DNA from: Fistulifera solaris
Taxonomy: Eukaryota
Assembly: GCA_030295235.1 (NCBI GenBank)
Contig: AP026158.1
Span: forward strand, 124,001-188,000
Direction of reading: 5' to 3'
Length of the DNA: 64,000 nucleotides
In this document: positions 11,845 to 24,260 of the stretch, piece by piece
Layout of the letters: each line of letters opens with the position of its first letter
Position numbering within the stretch: position 1 is the stretch's first letter
The notes under the pieces: generated by a model
The model's input: the letters and a program-made list of their open reading frames with translations, nothing else
Told to the model about the DNA's origin: nothing
Database searches by the model: none
Translations under genes and position numbers: made by a program

Positions 11845-12999
11845 TTATAGACTTCCTTCTAGCAGTTCTAGTTTCGCCGCTCGAACGTGATGCAATCTAC
11901 GCACTTCCAAAAACTTCGCCAAAAAGTCATCCACATTGCCTTGCTGATCAATCCAGTTATCAGCGAACTGTTCCGATTGATCAAACGCCTCTTTCTTTGC
12001 TTTGATCAAATCCTTAATGACTTTCTTCGAATCCACCGGACGGTATAACTGATCCTGTTGTTGCTCCAACGTTCGGAATGTGGCAACTTTTTCTCGTAGT
12101 TGTTGTTGAAGTTCGGTCGCTCTTTCGTACAAGCCATGCAGTTCACTTTTCTTTTCCCAATTTTGGCGCGCCAATGTTGCATTCTCATCCACGACGGATG
12201 TTACCATGGTCACTAGCGTTTTCACCGAATCTAGTTTGTTACAAAATGCTTGAAATTCCAATTCATCCGACAACAACGCGTCCAACTGTTCCCGATCCAA
12301 CCTTTCCAATTCCGGAAATTCTGTCGGTACGGCGGGCATTTCGACGTGGGTTTCATGGAGCAGGGACGAGTAAGAAGGAGGTTCCTCTTCCATGGGTTGT
12401 ATCGTCGTGGAAGACGTCGAAGACGAACTGCGCACACGATTTTGTTGATTCCGTTCCAGGGTCGGATCGGTAATTCTATGCAGGATCGGTGGATGCGTTT
12501 GCAATTCTTGTATAACGTGATGAACGGCTTGTCCCAACAAGAGCCGAGAATCGCGCCAGGCGGTTTCCGATTGGAGGGGAGCAAAACCTGTAATGCAGCC
12601 CTGCCGATCCACCCACGGGTGGGTCACTTCAACACCGTGAAGTATCATTTGAGGGACACGACTTTCATTGAAATGAACGCGTAAAACAAAGGTATCCCCG
12701 TTCACGCATCGAAAGAATGTGTGGAAGGTTTCATTGCCTGTCGACGAAAGTGAGTCTGTTATTTATTTTTTGTTTTCGTTCGTTGGATGCCTCGCACACT
12801 TACCCGGACCAACAACCTTCGTACTGGGCTTTAAGATTGCGTCTTCTAAATACGAATCGAGATGCTGTGCGTGCGTGTATTCGGAAGGAGGTCGTATCGT
12901 CCCCTGAATCGATTGTGCTGTGACGACGGTCGTGCGTTGCCCTGGATAACGCATCCGGTTGGTCGTCGCGGCACCATTGCTGCTGTTCCATTGAAACAT
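11845..12999 (-). CDS. VPS37: ESCRT-I subunit VPS37-like (UEV-like N-terminus, Mod(r) C-terminus); intron 12738-12803
   Basis: THPWVD and W..S.LLLGQAV UEV-like segment; C-terminal SEQFADNW...DDFLAKFLEVRRLHHVRAAK Mod(r) pattern; the GT-AG intron gives an in-frame join. Confidence 0.8.
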
Positions 13000-13678
13000 A
13001 TTTTTGTAGCGTTTTATAAACAGAGAGAGAGAGAGAGCTGGTTCTATGAATAAGGTAAATGAGATCACAATCACAACGAAGAATGACAACGGTGATTCTG
13101 CGGTCGTATTGCTTGCGCTTCGAACTTTCGAACCGCCGGAACATTCGGTTCGTGCAACGGCCGAAGTGCAGGCCGTTAACGACTGCCTTCAATCAGTCCC
13201 GAACGTGCATTGTTTTGAGCCAATCTGCTGCCTTATCAACGTTCCTTTGGGCAAACTTCTTATGCTTAATTTGTCTGAAATAGATTGCTACTCCTTATGA
13301 TGTTTTAGCAGCATTTTCATTGCACGCAGCATTTCAAAAACGGACGCAAATGCTTGCCTATCTTTGTTATTTTAGGGATAGGGCTCATCGCCAGCCGGTA
13401 CGGTGCCGCGAAACTGAACCTGTGATACCAAAATGTCGTTTCGTTGCTTGAGTAGGACTAAACAGTAAGCAGTCTTTTCAGAAGACTTTTTACAGATAGT
13501 TGTTCAGCGGACACGCGCGGTGCGCATCTCATTTATGCCGCAACCGACACGCGGTCACCAGCAGTCACAACATCAAGATGATCTTCGATGGCTAGATTTG
13601 CTGATGATGATTCTTTCATTCATTCGCTAAAGCAGCCATCAGAGAAAATTGGCAATAACAACAGCACCCTTTCTAGCC

Positions 13679-13844
13679 ATGAGTCTCCCAGAACAGTTAA
13701 ATATTCATTCTTTGTTTCAATCGATGACCCTATTTGAGGGTAGTGCCGACAACGAATATGCAAGTTGCGGCGAACATGTCCCTGATCTAGTTTGGTCCAA
13801 TCTCACTGAAAGTAATAGTGGCTTGGATGTTCACTTGCATGTAC

Positions 13845-13885
<41 letters not shown>

Positions 13886-15071
13886 GAGAGTAACATATCC
13901 GTTGATACCTCGTTAGATGACTCGTGCTCGGAGTCGCATTATGAATTACGTCTCAAGGCAACGCAGAAATTGATCAGTAATAATCGCGTGATTACTGGAA
14001 GAATCGAAGAAACGCTCGACAATCGCTCACCCTCGATGGAAGAAAAGACGTTCTCTCCGATCGAAGCCCCGGTCAGAGATCCTGTTCCGGACCCAATGGT
14101 CAGAACGTGCTTCGATTCCGTACACCTCTTGTCGCCGACCTATTTTGCTTATCCGGAACAAGAACAAAAGCCATCCACTACGACGTTATCACCTGTCAAT
14201 CAAGAAAAGCCTTCCACCTTATCTTCCATGATACATCCCATGAGTTTGGCGAGTTTGGCCCTTGTCACCCCTTAGTGGTCCAGCCGGTTCCGTGATCACA
14301 AGTGACACGCCCCGGACGGTGAAAACCATTCGTAGTTTGATACGAAAGGAAGAAAGTAATATTCGACAACACCCTCGACTCCAATCGGCTTTTAAATCAT
14401 CGGTGTTCAACGAAAGCATCGAGTATTACTTATCAACAGGAAAACAGGGGATGAGTCCGCATCTTCGGAGACAGAGCCGGAAACTACTTCCGGAAGATCT
14501 GACGAAACGCATGAGTGACGAAGAATCGACTACGTCAAAACAAAACTGCCGGTCGCGTTTATTCGATAGCAACAACGAACCGACACGCTCGCTCCATCTT
14601 GCACCAGATTCTCAAAGTACTCTCAGTATCCTGCTACTGGAATGCCATCAAAAAGTATTTGAAATCGTAGCGGTAGATTACGTTACGGCGGAAACGACCG
14701 TGGGGGATGTATTATGTCGGGCTCGATCTCAGGCAACGGATCCTAGACTGTCGCGTCAAACCTACATCAGTCTCTGCAATTCGGTCAACGAAATGGCGGC
14801 TATGATGCTGCCGGTCCATCTTATGATGGATATGGAACAATCTAGAGAAAAGAGAGAACGAAAACAGAGAGAACCGACGTTAAAGAAATATGACCGTTTG
14901 GAAGCCGCTCGTAAAAGCTGTGACGACCTGGGCCGACTGCTTGTGGCTGTTCCAGAGGGCTCTAGTGCAGAAATGGTCCGTGAAGTACAGAAAACACTAT
15001 GGTGTCATCCACGAGTCCAACGGTGGTGGCGGAAAGAAAACCGATACTCGGGAAAGAGGGAGAATCGATAG
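13679..15071 (+). CDS. Hypothetical protein with poly-Asp tract; probable frameshift at ~14259-14261
   Basis: ORFs 13649..14275 and 14262..15071 overlap at a CCC run; ordered-looking C-terminal segment LLLECHQKVFEIV...TVGDVL...ATDPRL. Confidence 0.55.
13846..13883 (+). repeat. (GAT)n coding microsatellite (poly-Asp)
   Basis: About 12 consecutive GAT units. Confidence 0.9.
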
Positions 15072-15296
15072 GTAGACTCTTGAAACATAATGCGTCCGCT
15101 CGACCGAGATTCTTTGGCTACGACGACGCTTCACGTTGTCTCGTTGCTACACCGTAGAGCAGCGCATGCTTATTTTTTTAAGAATATAGATGTATTATGA
15201 AACGCTACAAAGCTAATATATAAAAGTAATCACATAGGTAATGTCGAAATCATGCGGTGTAGAAGGTACATTCAAATGCACTCGAGCTGCTGCAAG

Positions 15297-16274
15297 TTAG
15301 CGAAAGTAATGCTGACTCTCCTTGGGCGAGAATGCGGAAGAACTCTGACCCAATTGAATGGTCTTGACAGGAGAAAAGAAAGGATTCTCGACCATGACAC
15401 GTTCGATGCGCGATTTGGGAGAGAGTTTGCGCTGGACGGGCACCGCCAATTTTTTACGCGGTGTAATCGGGATGGTCATATTAGCATCGGGATTGAAACG
15501 GACGCGCTTCCCAGCGGGTGAGTTCAATGGCGTCCCCGACATAAAATTCTTCTTATCATCTCCATACTTGCCACGTTTCGAAGATTCCGCGCCGTCTAGA
15601 TCCATCGAGAGTAGGAAGTCGATCGTCGACTCAATCAATCCGGCGCAGGGTTCACTCTCAGTCCAGGGAATAGGATCAAAATCGGAAGGCTCCCCGACAC
15701 GCGCCAGAGAACTATTCTTCTTCAAACAGGCAACAGGGGCAGGAGCTCCCATGAGCGTCGGAGACGGTGTGATCGAGTTGAGGTGACACTGTCGCTGACG
15801 TGGGATCGTCTGAATACCCTGACTGAGCGTCAAGCAATTCAACTCTTCTTCAATATCCTCTTCTTCCTCCTCTTCGTCCAGACGACTTGTAGGCTGCATG
15901 AGCTCGACAATGGGAATCGCGGGGGTGTAGGCAGGAGGCTTGCCATGGGAAGAGTCATCAAGCGACTTAAAGTCCGACACGTTCGGGTTGTGAGTGGTTT
16001 CTTCCGCCTTTACCGCAGAAAAAAAGTCCTCGTAGCTGTACGGTCCTGGCTTGTATGTCGAAACTCCCGTCGCGGAATCCGTGGTTTCCCAGAACGTCGC
16101 GACTTGGCGCACCAACTCAATCGGCTGCGGAGTCGATTCCTTGGATTCGGTAAGGAGAACACGACGTTTCTTGATCGGTTTACGATCCTCGGCGATGACA
16201 GGAGCACCCGACGGCGGGAGCGTCTCGTCTTGGGTGACCTTGGTCGGCGTTTTCGGGGCTGGTTCGATGTTCAT
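15297..16274 (-). CDS. Hypothetical low-complexity protein with KRVRF motif and S/T-P sites
   Basis: 325-aa ATG ORF, basic KKRR patch, acidic run, no known domain recognised. Confidence 0.65.
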   Translation of the reverse strand: MNIEPAPKTPTKVTQDETLPPSGAPVIAEDRKPIKKRRVLLTESKESTPQPIELVRQVATFWETTDSATGVSTYKPGPYSYEDFFSAVKAEETTHNPNVSDFKSLDDSSHGKPPAYTPAIPIVELMQPTSRLDEEEEEEDIEEELNCLTLSQGIQTIPRQRQCHLNSITPSPTLMGAPAPVACLKKNSSLARVGEPSDFDPIPWTESEPCAGLIESTIDFLLSMDLDGAESSKRGKYGDDKKNFMSGTPLNSPAGKRVRFNPDANMTIPITPRKKLAVPVQRKLSPKSRIERVMVENPFFSPVKTIQLGQSSSAFSPKESQHYFR

Positions 16275-16950
16275 CGTCGCAAAATGTCAAGTAGGTGCGC
16301 GTGTGCAAAATGTAGAAGTGATTGAAAGCGCGAGAGTGTGCAATGAACGATTTTTTAGGATAGCAATGAGCTTCTCGTTAGGAGAAAAGCTATTATGTGC
16401 TTGAATGGGAAATGGGAAATGTGTTGTGATGGGTTCTCGCGAAAATAAGGCGCGAGACGTTTCTTTTCCGCAGAACCGGGAAAGTGGGAACGTTGTGCCG
16501 CTTAACTTTCTGAAGCATATTTTGTAGAGTACAAAGTGGGAGACGAACGCTAGAAACACAAACGTGACTCAATCTGTTGTTGACTTACGTCTGACCGGTA
16601 CATTGTTCAATGTCGCAGTTCGTGGGGGTTCGCGTGTTGTTTCATTTTCTACTCATCGCGAATAGGTGCGCTTGACACTCAACATTATTGGCGTTCGCTC
16701 TTACATAGTGGCTGTATTCTGGAAAACGGTTGTTAAGACTGCGACATAAGACGATTAACATTGTTGTACCCGGGACCGAACCAAGCGATAGGCGAGCGTC
16801 AACTATTTTTGCCATCATTCTTGTGATGACCCAAAATTGAGTCGCGGAAGAGGCTTCTCTCTATCTTCCAACAGTTGCTTCCCAACTGGGTTTCTCGGGT
16901 TTTCCGGCAAGGCAAACCCTTTTCACGAAGCCACACTTTTGACGCTTCCC

Positions 16951-16978
16951 ATCATCATCATCATCATCATCATCATCA
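16951..16978 (+). repeat. (ATC)n microsatellite upstream of the cyclin
   Basis: About 9 ATC units. Confidence 0.85.
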
Positions 16979-17034
16979 TTTTCACTCGAAACGAACGTCC
17001 TCTGCTCAAGAACCTCGCATAAGGTGAAGCAATC

Positions 17035-17826
17035 ATGCATTATAATAATACACCAATGAATCGAACTAGCATGGACCAAGTCATAGACACGATCCACGCA
17101 CTGCGTCGACAAGAAGAGCACTATTTTGAAGCGTGTTCCTATCACTATCCGCCACGCGGTGTCGATTGGGAATGTCGCCAGAAAATGGCAGCGTGGTGCT
17201 CTCAAGTGATCCAATTTTGTGATCTTTCGCATGAAACAGCCGAGACGGCCATGGTTTTATTGGATTGTTTTCTCGCATCCCGTGGGGGCGAATCGGCGCG
17301 GACGTGTCGCGATCGGTATCGTTTGGCTTGCATGGCGTGTTTATATGCCTCGATTAAAAATACGGAAACACAAGCTTTGCATTCGAATACATTCAGTGAA
17401 TTGAGTCAAGGGGCCTATTCTGTCAAAGATCTAGAGAACATGGAATTGTCGATACTAACTTGTTTGAATTGGAGAGTCAATCCGCCCACGGCGATGGCGT
17501 TTGTGAGAGAAATGATGCATTTACTACCTCTAGAATTTGATCGAGAAAAGAAACGAGACATCTATGATTTGGCGGTTTTACAAACCGAACGCGGATTCGG
17601 TGCGGTGGTAGCATCGCCTTCGGTGGCAGCGTATGCGGCTTTGATGAACTCGATCGACATTGTTTTCAAAGACACTCACTGCTTGGCGTATATTGAGAAA
17701 ATGATGGCCGATCTACTGAAATTAGACGGTACATCGGATGAGTTGCGAGGCGTTCAGGCGAGCTTGTTTCACTCTTCTTCCCAAGCGTATCACATTCGTC
17801 TCGTCGGGCCGATACATCGAAGGTGA
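17035..17826 (+). CDS. Cyclin, diatom-specific (dsCYC) type
   Basis: Cyclin box: RQKMAAW..QV..FCDL..ET...AM.LLD.FL, YRLACMACLYASIK, MELSIL..LNWRVNPPT. Confidence 0.9.
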   Translation: MHYNNTPMNRTSMDQVIDTIHALRRQEEHYFEACSYHYPPRGVDWECRQKMAAWCSQVIQFCDLSHETAETAMVLLDCFLASRGGESARTCRDRYRLACMACLYASIKNTETQALHSNTFSELSQGAYSVKDLENMELSILTCLNWRVNPPTAMAFVREMMHLLPLEFDREKKRDIYDLAVLQTERGFGAVVASPSVAAYAALMNSIDIVFKDTHCLAYIEKMMADLLKLDGTSDELRGVQASLFHSSSQAYHIRLVGPIHRR

Positions 17827-18129
17827 CGACCGACACAACAATAAGTCTGCAAGTCTATCTGGCTTTCACTCGCCTCGCTCTGTTTCCGAATAACCATTCA
17901 AGACGTGACTGGGCACCCGAAACGTATCCCATTGTTCGAAACAACAGTTTCCGCCCAAGAACAAAAACTTCGAGACTTTGCTATGACCATATCTCGCAAC
18001 TTTATTAGCTTTCCCGAAGCTCTTATTACCGCTATGAATGCGCTAATTGTTAGATACTGTTGATAATGATAGATATTATAAGTAAAGGAGTCTCTTCTAG
18101 AGAGTTTTTTCACCTATAAAGCTTTTCTT

Positions 18130-18567
18130 TTACATAATGCAGCATCCTTTTTTCAATTGTTCTTTTTCTTCGTCCGTCAGTTCGGGCCAACTCTCGTAAT
18201 CTTCATCCCATTTGTCGAGTCGACCGCACACCGGATACTTCGTATCATAATACTCGGACCAATTCTTGGCTGAACTGTACATCTTCTCGTCCAACTTGAC
18301 AAACTTATCGAGCCACTTGTCGCCGGTGACGTGCGCCCCGATCGTCAACGTCATATCGTGACCGGCGTATTCTTTGTAAGCACCTTCGGGGCCGTAACTG
18401 TTGGCGGCGGCCGTAACATCGTAGATTTTTCCAAACAAACAGAGACAGCGACGATCGGGATTGTTGCAGTGATACTGATTCAATTCTTCCAACGAAATGG
18501 TACCGAGTTGTTCGACTTCCGGCAATTCGCCTTTGCCGGAAATCAGGGAAAGTGGATTGGGCATCAT
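18130..18567 (-). CDS. Cytochrome b5-like heme/steroid-binding (MAPR-type) protein with C-terminal CaaX
   Basis: LEELNQY, GKIYDVT, SYGPEGAYKEYAGHD, W..YY..KYPVCGRL; ends in CCIM*. Confidence 0.85.
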   Translation of the reverse strand: MMPNPLSLISGKGELPEVEQLGTISLEELNQYHCNNPDRRCLCLFGKIYDVTAAANSYGPEGAYKEYAGHDMTLTIGAHVTGDKWLDKFVKLDEKMYSSAKNWSEYYDTKYPVCGRLDKWDEDYESWPELTDEEKEQLKKGCCIM

Positions 18568-19117
18568 CTTGACAAGAAAAGGAGGGCTACAATTATTACT
18601 TAGTTGTGAGAGAAGAGACCGCCACAAATAGATATCTTTACAAAAAGGTTCTCCGCTTTGTAGGTGAGATTGAAGGTGATTTTTGTTGGGTCTGTTCTTT
18701 GGTTCTTTGCATCTTCGTCGAGGCGAAATTGCGGTCATTCGAATTCCGTCCAATACAGCCGAACCAGTGCGATAGTCAGCCGTCGTGATTCGTGACTTAA
18801 TCTAAGACCCCTGTCGCCAAAAAAGTTAACGTACCGGGAGTTGGTGAACGTATTTCGTTGCATATCTACAATGAGGAGAATCAATGAAATCCGACTACAG
18901 ACAGGATGCCACCGGATCAACTAATTTAGCTGCATGGCTACGGGTGAGTCATCGACACGACATGATGGTTCAAAGCGCTCTGTAGCAATCAGAATACCGT
19001 GAAACCGTTGAGCGAACTATGTGAATGAGAATGTGGACGCTAAATCTCCTAAATTGTTTTAGAACACTTTGGTCCTGGAGTTATGAGTAGATCAATTTGT
19101 TCTGCGTCGTGAAAGTT

Positions 19118-20932
19118 TCAGGAAACATGCATCTCATTTTGGCCTGCTCGTAGATTCGTCATTGTAAGGAATTTGGATAGGCTGGTGTTACTGCCATTTC
19201 TTCGAAGGTCACCTTCATTTCTTTTCTGGTTGCGATTCGCTCTAGTATCATCATGCCTAGAAGAAGCCAGGTCAATTAGCTTGAGATCGCTCTGGGTCCT
19301 TTCAGCGAGTGGCATTTTACTCTTCTCAGCCCCATCGACGATGAAAACGTCCATAATACTGGCTTTTCGAATATTATCTCCTTTATTCTTGTCGCTTCGA
19401 GTACTTTGTAGGTAGTCACGATCGCTCCAGTATTGGTCTGCGGAAAGATGTGGATTAACGTGACTTCTTCGATGAGCAGGCTTCACGTCGCCGTCGTCGT
19501 CGTCAGGACAGTTCCTTCTGCTTCGCCGCTGTCCCTTTACTTCATCATCGCCAAGTAGTAAAGCATTTGTACTTTTACTTTTTCGAATAGTTCCACCGTC
19601 TACTTTCTTGTCTTCGTTTTGTCGAAACTCATCCTCCGCATCAGATAATCTTGGATTGCTATGCGTCCTGCGAGGAGCAGGCTTCGCGTCGCCGTCGTCG
19701 TCGTCAGAACAGTTCCTTCTGCTTCGCCGCTGTCTCTTTACTTCATCATCGCCAAGTAGTAAAGCATTTGCACTTTTACTTTTTCGAATAGTTCTACCGT
19801 CTACTTTCTTGTCTTCGTTTTGTCGAAACTCATCCTCCCCATCGGATAACCTTGGATTGCTGTGCGTCCGGCGAGGAGCAGGCTTCACATTGAAATTGCC
19901 GTCAGAACCGTTCCATGGACTTCGCCGCGGTCTCCCTTCTTCCTCATCATCCACGAGTAAAGCATTCAAACTGCGGCTTTTTCGGATTTTTGTTTTGTTT
20001 TGCAGCTCTGAGACTAGAGGACTAGTCTCACTTAATTCTTTCGGATGTCTTTCACAACAGACCAAGTCGGACCAAAAGTTTGACCGTCCGTTGTCGTGGT
20101 GTTTCTCGCTCTGTCCGCTTCCGTGGTCCATCCATGTCATGGACGCCTTTGAAAATTTTTTTCTCATGGTTATCACCAAGTGACCAAGCATGCGAAAATA
20201 AAGACTGGGATGACCGATTTAAGGTTTGGACCTTCTGCCACAATAGGGGTGACCACTCGTTTTGTTGAGGTGAACATTCAACGACAACATGTGTTGCGGT
20301 AGGTGCAACGACTTGTCCTATCTTGGAACTGTTCCAGTTTGGATCCGCATGAAGTATTTCATCATTCAAGTAAGAATTGGCTCCCAGGCTTCCTCGGCGT
20401 TGTGCAGCTCCCGAGCGTCCTCCTGGGACCAGCTCTTTCATCGAAGACGAATGTCCAAGGCTTTTCCGGCGTTGACACGTATTGAAAATAAATGCATCAG
20501 CAGAGTCATTCGCTGAAGAAGAATCAAAAGGGCATTTTCAAAGCTAGCAAGGCGTTGGCGATGCTGACTTCCAAGGACTATGTCGCAGGTAGAAAGCGTA
20601 CTTCCCAAACTTGCACGGCGTTTGGCGGCTCCAGATAGTACGGGTTGTTGCTTCAAACTTTTCAAGTCATTGAAATGATGCTGCTTGTTAGTGGCATACT
20701 TTTCTCTGGTTCTGTGTGATCGGGTATTTCGATGTGCGCGTGGATTATTGTTTCTACGTCTTTGTTTAAGATGGAGTGATGATTTTGTTGATGAGCCGTG
20801 TCTAAGGTCATTTGTCTCGCTGTTCTCGACGAATCGATGATTATCATCGTAGCTATCCGACAAGGACGATGTTGAGGCAGTGAGTAAGGAAGTTTCGTCG
20901 CTGTTGCAGTTTGCACGTTCGACGTCTCGCAT
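19118..20932 (-). CDS. Hypothetical Arg/Ser-rich disordered protein; two homopolymer frameshifts (~20530, ~20160)
   Basis: ORFs 20438..20932, 20052..20441 and 19118..20191 join into one frame and share RR(A/K/G)SLG and RKSxS motifs. Confidence 0.55.
19455..19990 (-). repeat. 201-bp (67-aa) coding tandem repeat, ~2.6 copies
   Basis: GAGCAGGCTTC anchors at 19474, 19675 and 19876. Confidence 0.9.
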
Positions 20933-21523
20933 TATTCCTTTCTGTTGGTGAAACGGTGTCGCCGTCTTATCAACTTTGCTCCCTTTTCATTCATTGCAGA
21001 TTATGAATCAAACACTCTGATTGAGGTTCGTGTCCAAAACGATGCACACGGCTTCTTTTTGGGGAGAGAAACGAGAAAAGGGGTGATTAGTAATTAGTGA
21101 TGATGTGATGTCACAGAAAATGCAGTCGAATTCCTTCCCATAGTTCCTCCCTTTCTTCGCTGCAAAATATAGAGTACATAGTACCGGGGTAAAACTTGTA
21201 GTAGTAGTCTGACACTGACTGTACCAGGTACGGTACCGAGACAGCGGAGATCCATATCACAAAGAACGGGTCCGCTTTTATCGGAAAGGGTTAACCTAGC
21301 CTTATCTCTAATGGTTATGAATTCGTTTTTGTGTTTCCTTGCAAACGTTAGCCCTACACAATTTATTTTGGGTTTTAAGTGTTAGAGGTGTGTGTGCTAT
21401 CTCGCGTGCTATCGCGTTTATACTGGGTATAATGTCTTCAACGTACCATCATTGCCTTACTTCTTCTTGTTTACTTACTCTCTCTTTCGAAGAAGAAGAA
21501 GAGACACTTTTCAATACTGAGAA

Positions 21524-21903
21524 ATGGCCGAAAAGAGTGACGAAGAATACGCGGCGGCCTTGACCCGCGAATTGCAAGACCTGCAAGAACAACTGGCGAC
21601 GCTCCGACACGAACGTGATCAACGCAAACAAACCGTGCGGCAATTGCGGACGGAACAACTATTTTGCTGCGACAAAAAGACCAACGAGGAAAGTACCGTG
21701 ATTTGTGTCAACAACAAGATGTTTTGGTGCAACAATTAGAAGAAAAGAAACGACAAAAGAAGAAGGCGTTGCAACAGCTGGTGCGAGAGAAATCGGGTCA
21801 TTCGAAAGAAGATGAACAGGATGTTTCGGAAATCACGTTCCAGTGTGGTGTGGATGATACGGATATAGACGTGGAAGAATTCATGAAAGAGATCGACAAT
21901 TGA
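21524..21903 (+). CDS. Small coiled-coil protein, frameshifted
   Basis: ORFs 21524..21739 and 21664..21903 are both E/Q/K/L-rich and overlap across an A5 run. Confidence 0.45.
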
Positions 21904-22826
21904 AGTGTGAAGGGTGCAGGAATAAATGGAATGGGGCAGTGCGGTGTTTGCTCGGAAAAGGAACAAACTAGATCTTGTGTGCATGAAAAATGCCTATCTA
22001 GTCGGTTCACAACTTCTTTTGGTGAGGGGTGCTAAGGTGCGTTTTGATTCCGGGCACCCATTTGATCCAAAAGACGACAGGAATTTCCTCCGATTCACGC
22101 GTACGCTTGAGTCAAAATAGGAGCAACTTCTTGATTGATTCGAAGAACGTATAGAACCGAATACAGCTACGGCTATTATGTCAACAGAGAGAACCGAGAG
22201 TTGTTCGGGTTGTCCCTTCGCATCAGCTAACCTTGTCACGCTTCAGATTGTAGTATATCGGAGAAATGTTATTACAACTAATGTACCTCTCGCCTCAAAA
22301 TGAATCGATACTTATTTTTCGTTCCAATCATACATCAGCATGTCGCATTCCCGCAAAAAATCCAGACCTCATGACTCATGACTGAATACCAAGACTTTCG
22401 GGCTACGTTGTGAAAATTGGACGTGGTCGATCTGTGAAGATAATCGACACCAATGCTATCGGTGCTTTATCGCATATTCATTCATCATTGAAACACCAAA
22501 GGTAACACGATCCATCACATCGTTCATTCGAGAAACGATTAACGTTTGATTTCCAGTCTTGTCTAAAACAGACTACACTTCAGGACTATAGTGAAATCTG
22601 ACGTCAAAGTCGTCGGCACTCGGCACAAAACTTGGCAACAAAAATCGCGAGGTGCAAAAAGTGGAGAATCAATAGAAGCATGTTTGATTCATAAAGATAC
22701 TTATGCATCTATCCTGTTTCCGGACCTGGCGCTCTTTGTGAACCTAAGAAAGATTTTCTCTTCGATTTGAAGAAAACCCAAACAAAAACATTGTCACACA
22801 CACAGAGAGACGTGTCGTCCGATGAC

Positions 22827-23661
22827 ATGACATCGGAATCATCATCTAGCTTTCAGGAAGTTGCTGCGTCATGGGAATTGAGTGACGTCGAACAAAAAGA
22901 ACTTGTTGATTTGCAACAACGGCTGCACGATGTTTTACACTGTCCTCTCACCCGATGGCGCGATTTAGTGCGTTTTTTACGAGCCCGTCCGGGAAATGTG
23001 ACAGCTGCCGAAACCATGTTTCGTCAAATGGTCCAGTGGCGGACCGTCCACCAAGTCGATACTATCTTGTCAACGTACACTCCACCCCCCGGAAATGGTA
23101 CGCTATTATCCCGGTGCTTTGTTGGAAGGTTTTGATCGGGAGGGTGATCCAATCTTTGTGTCTCGTTTGGGTGTCACCGATGGTGTAGGCTTGCTGCAAC
23201 GTTACGGAAAAGACGAAATGATTCGACACGCGATTTGGATACGAGAATTAGTGGTACAGAAAGTGAAAGAAGTCGAAGAGAAACGGGGACGTCCCGTACG
23301 GAGAATTTGTCTGGTAGAAGATTTGCACGGCTTGAGCTTGAAAACGCACGGCCAGCGTGCTCTGGTCTCCGTGTATGGAGAAATCATGCGACTCGATCAA
23401 GACAATTATCCCGAAACCGCAAAAAAGTTACTAATCGTCCGTGCCCCTACTTTGTTTCGTATGATTTGGTCCATGGCCCGGCACTTTTTCGATCCTGGAG
23501 TCGTAAGGAAAATGGTGTTTTGTGGTGTCAGTGATTACCGAACTGTACTGGATCAGTATGTGGAGTTAGAGGTTTTACCCGAAGAAATTGTGTCGGGGGT
23601 AGGGCATGGTAAAGCTGTGGTAGGTATGCCATCCAATTTTTCGGGAGGTCGACTGCCATGA
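22827..23661 (+). CDS. CRAL-TRIO / Sec14-like lipid-binding protein; frameshift at C7 run ~23084-23090
   Basis: LVRFLRAR...A..MF....WR, GFDREGDPI, DLHGL, QDNYPET, IVRAPTLF...W..FFDP. Confidence 0.9.
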
Positions 23662-24260
23662 TATAGAGAGAATGAATGAATAGAGTAGAAGTGGGCGTGA
23701 GAAGTTGGGAATAGGGATAACGTTACCGGTGGAGCTATCGTTTCTTTCTTCTTGTTGTAGGTTTCATCAATTCGTCGAGCGCGGAACGCCATCTTGCCCA
23801 GGCCAAGGTTCAGAAAAAAAAAGTGCGAAAAGGCCAGATGAATTGTAGCAGTCTCCGAAAGATCCATTCTTGGATCTTAAAAGAATACTAGAAATGAGTT
23901 ATATCAAAGTCTATTGATTTGTATCTTCAACATTACTTAGACTATGGTCGCTCATTGATTCGTTTCGCCGTGGGTGTACAGATTATAGATACGAAAATGG
24001 CGTATGCTGTTTTCACCTTTTCAGAAAATCTGGGCGTTTGCTGTTTGCACATACCCAGAAAATCTGAAAATGTTTACCGGTGCGTTGTAGGTGCAAGAAG
24101 TGCGCGCGATGGATGATTGATGGCAAAATCTTTGTTTATTGTCATGATGGCATTCATTATTCTATCCGTCTTTATTCTCACACATCCTATTATCTATTTC
24201 GAAAAAGTCGATCGATTACGTGCTACGATAATATTCATTAACAAATAATAGAATGCACAC

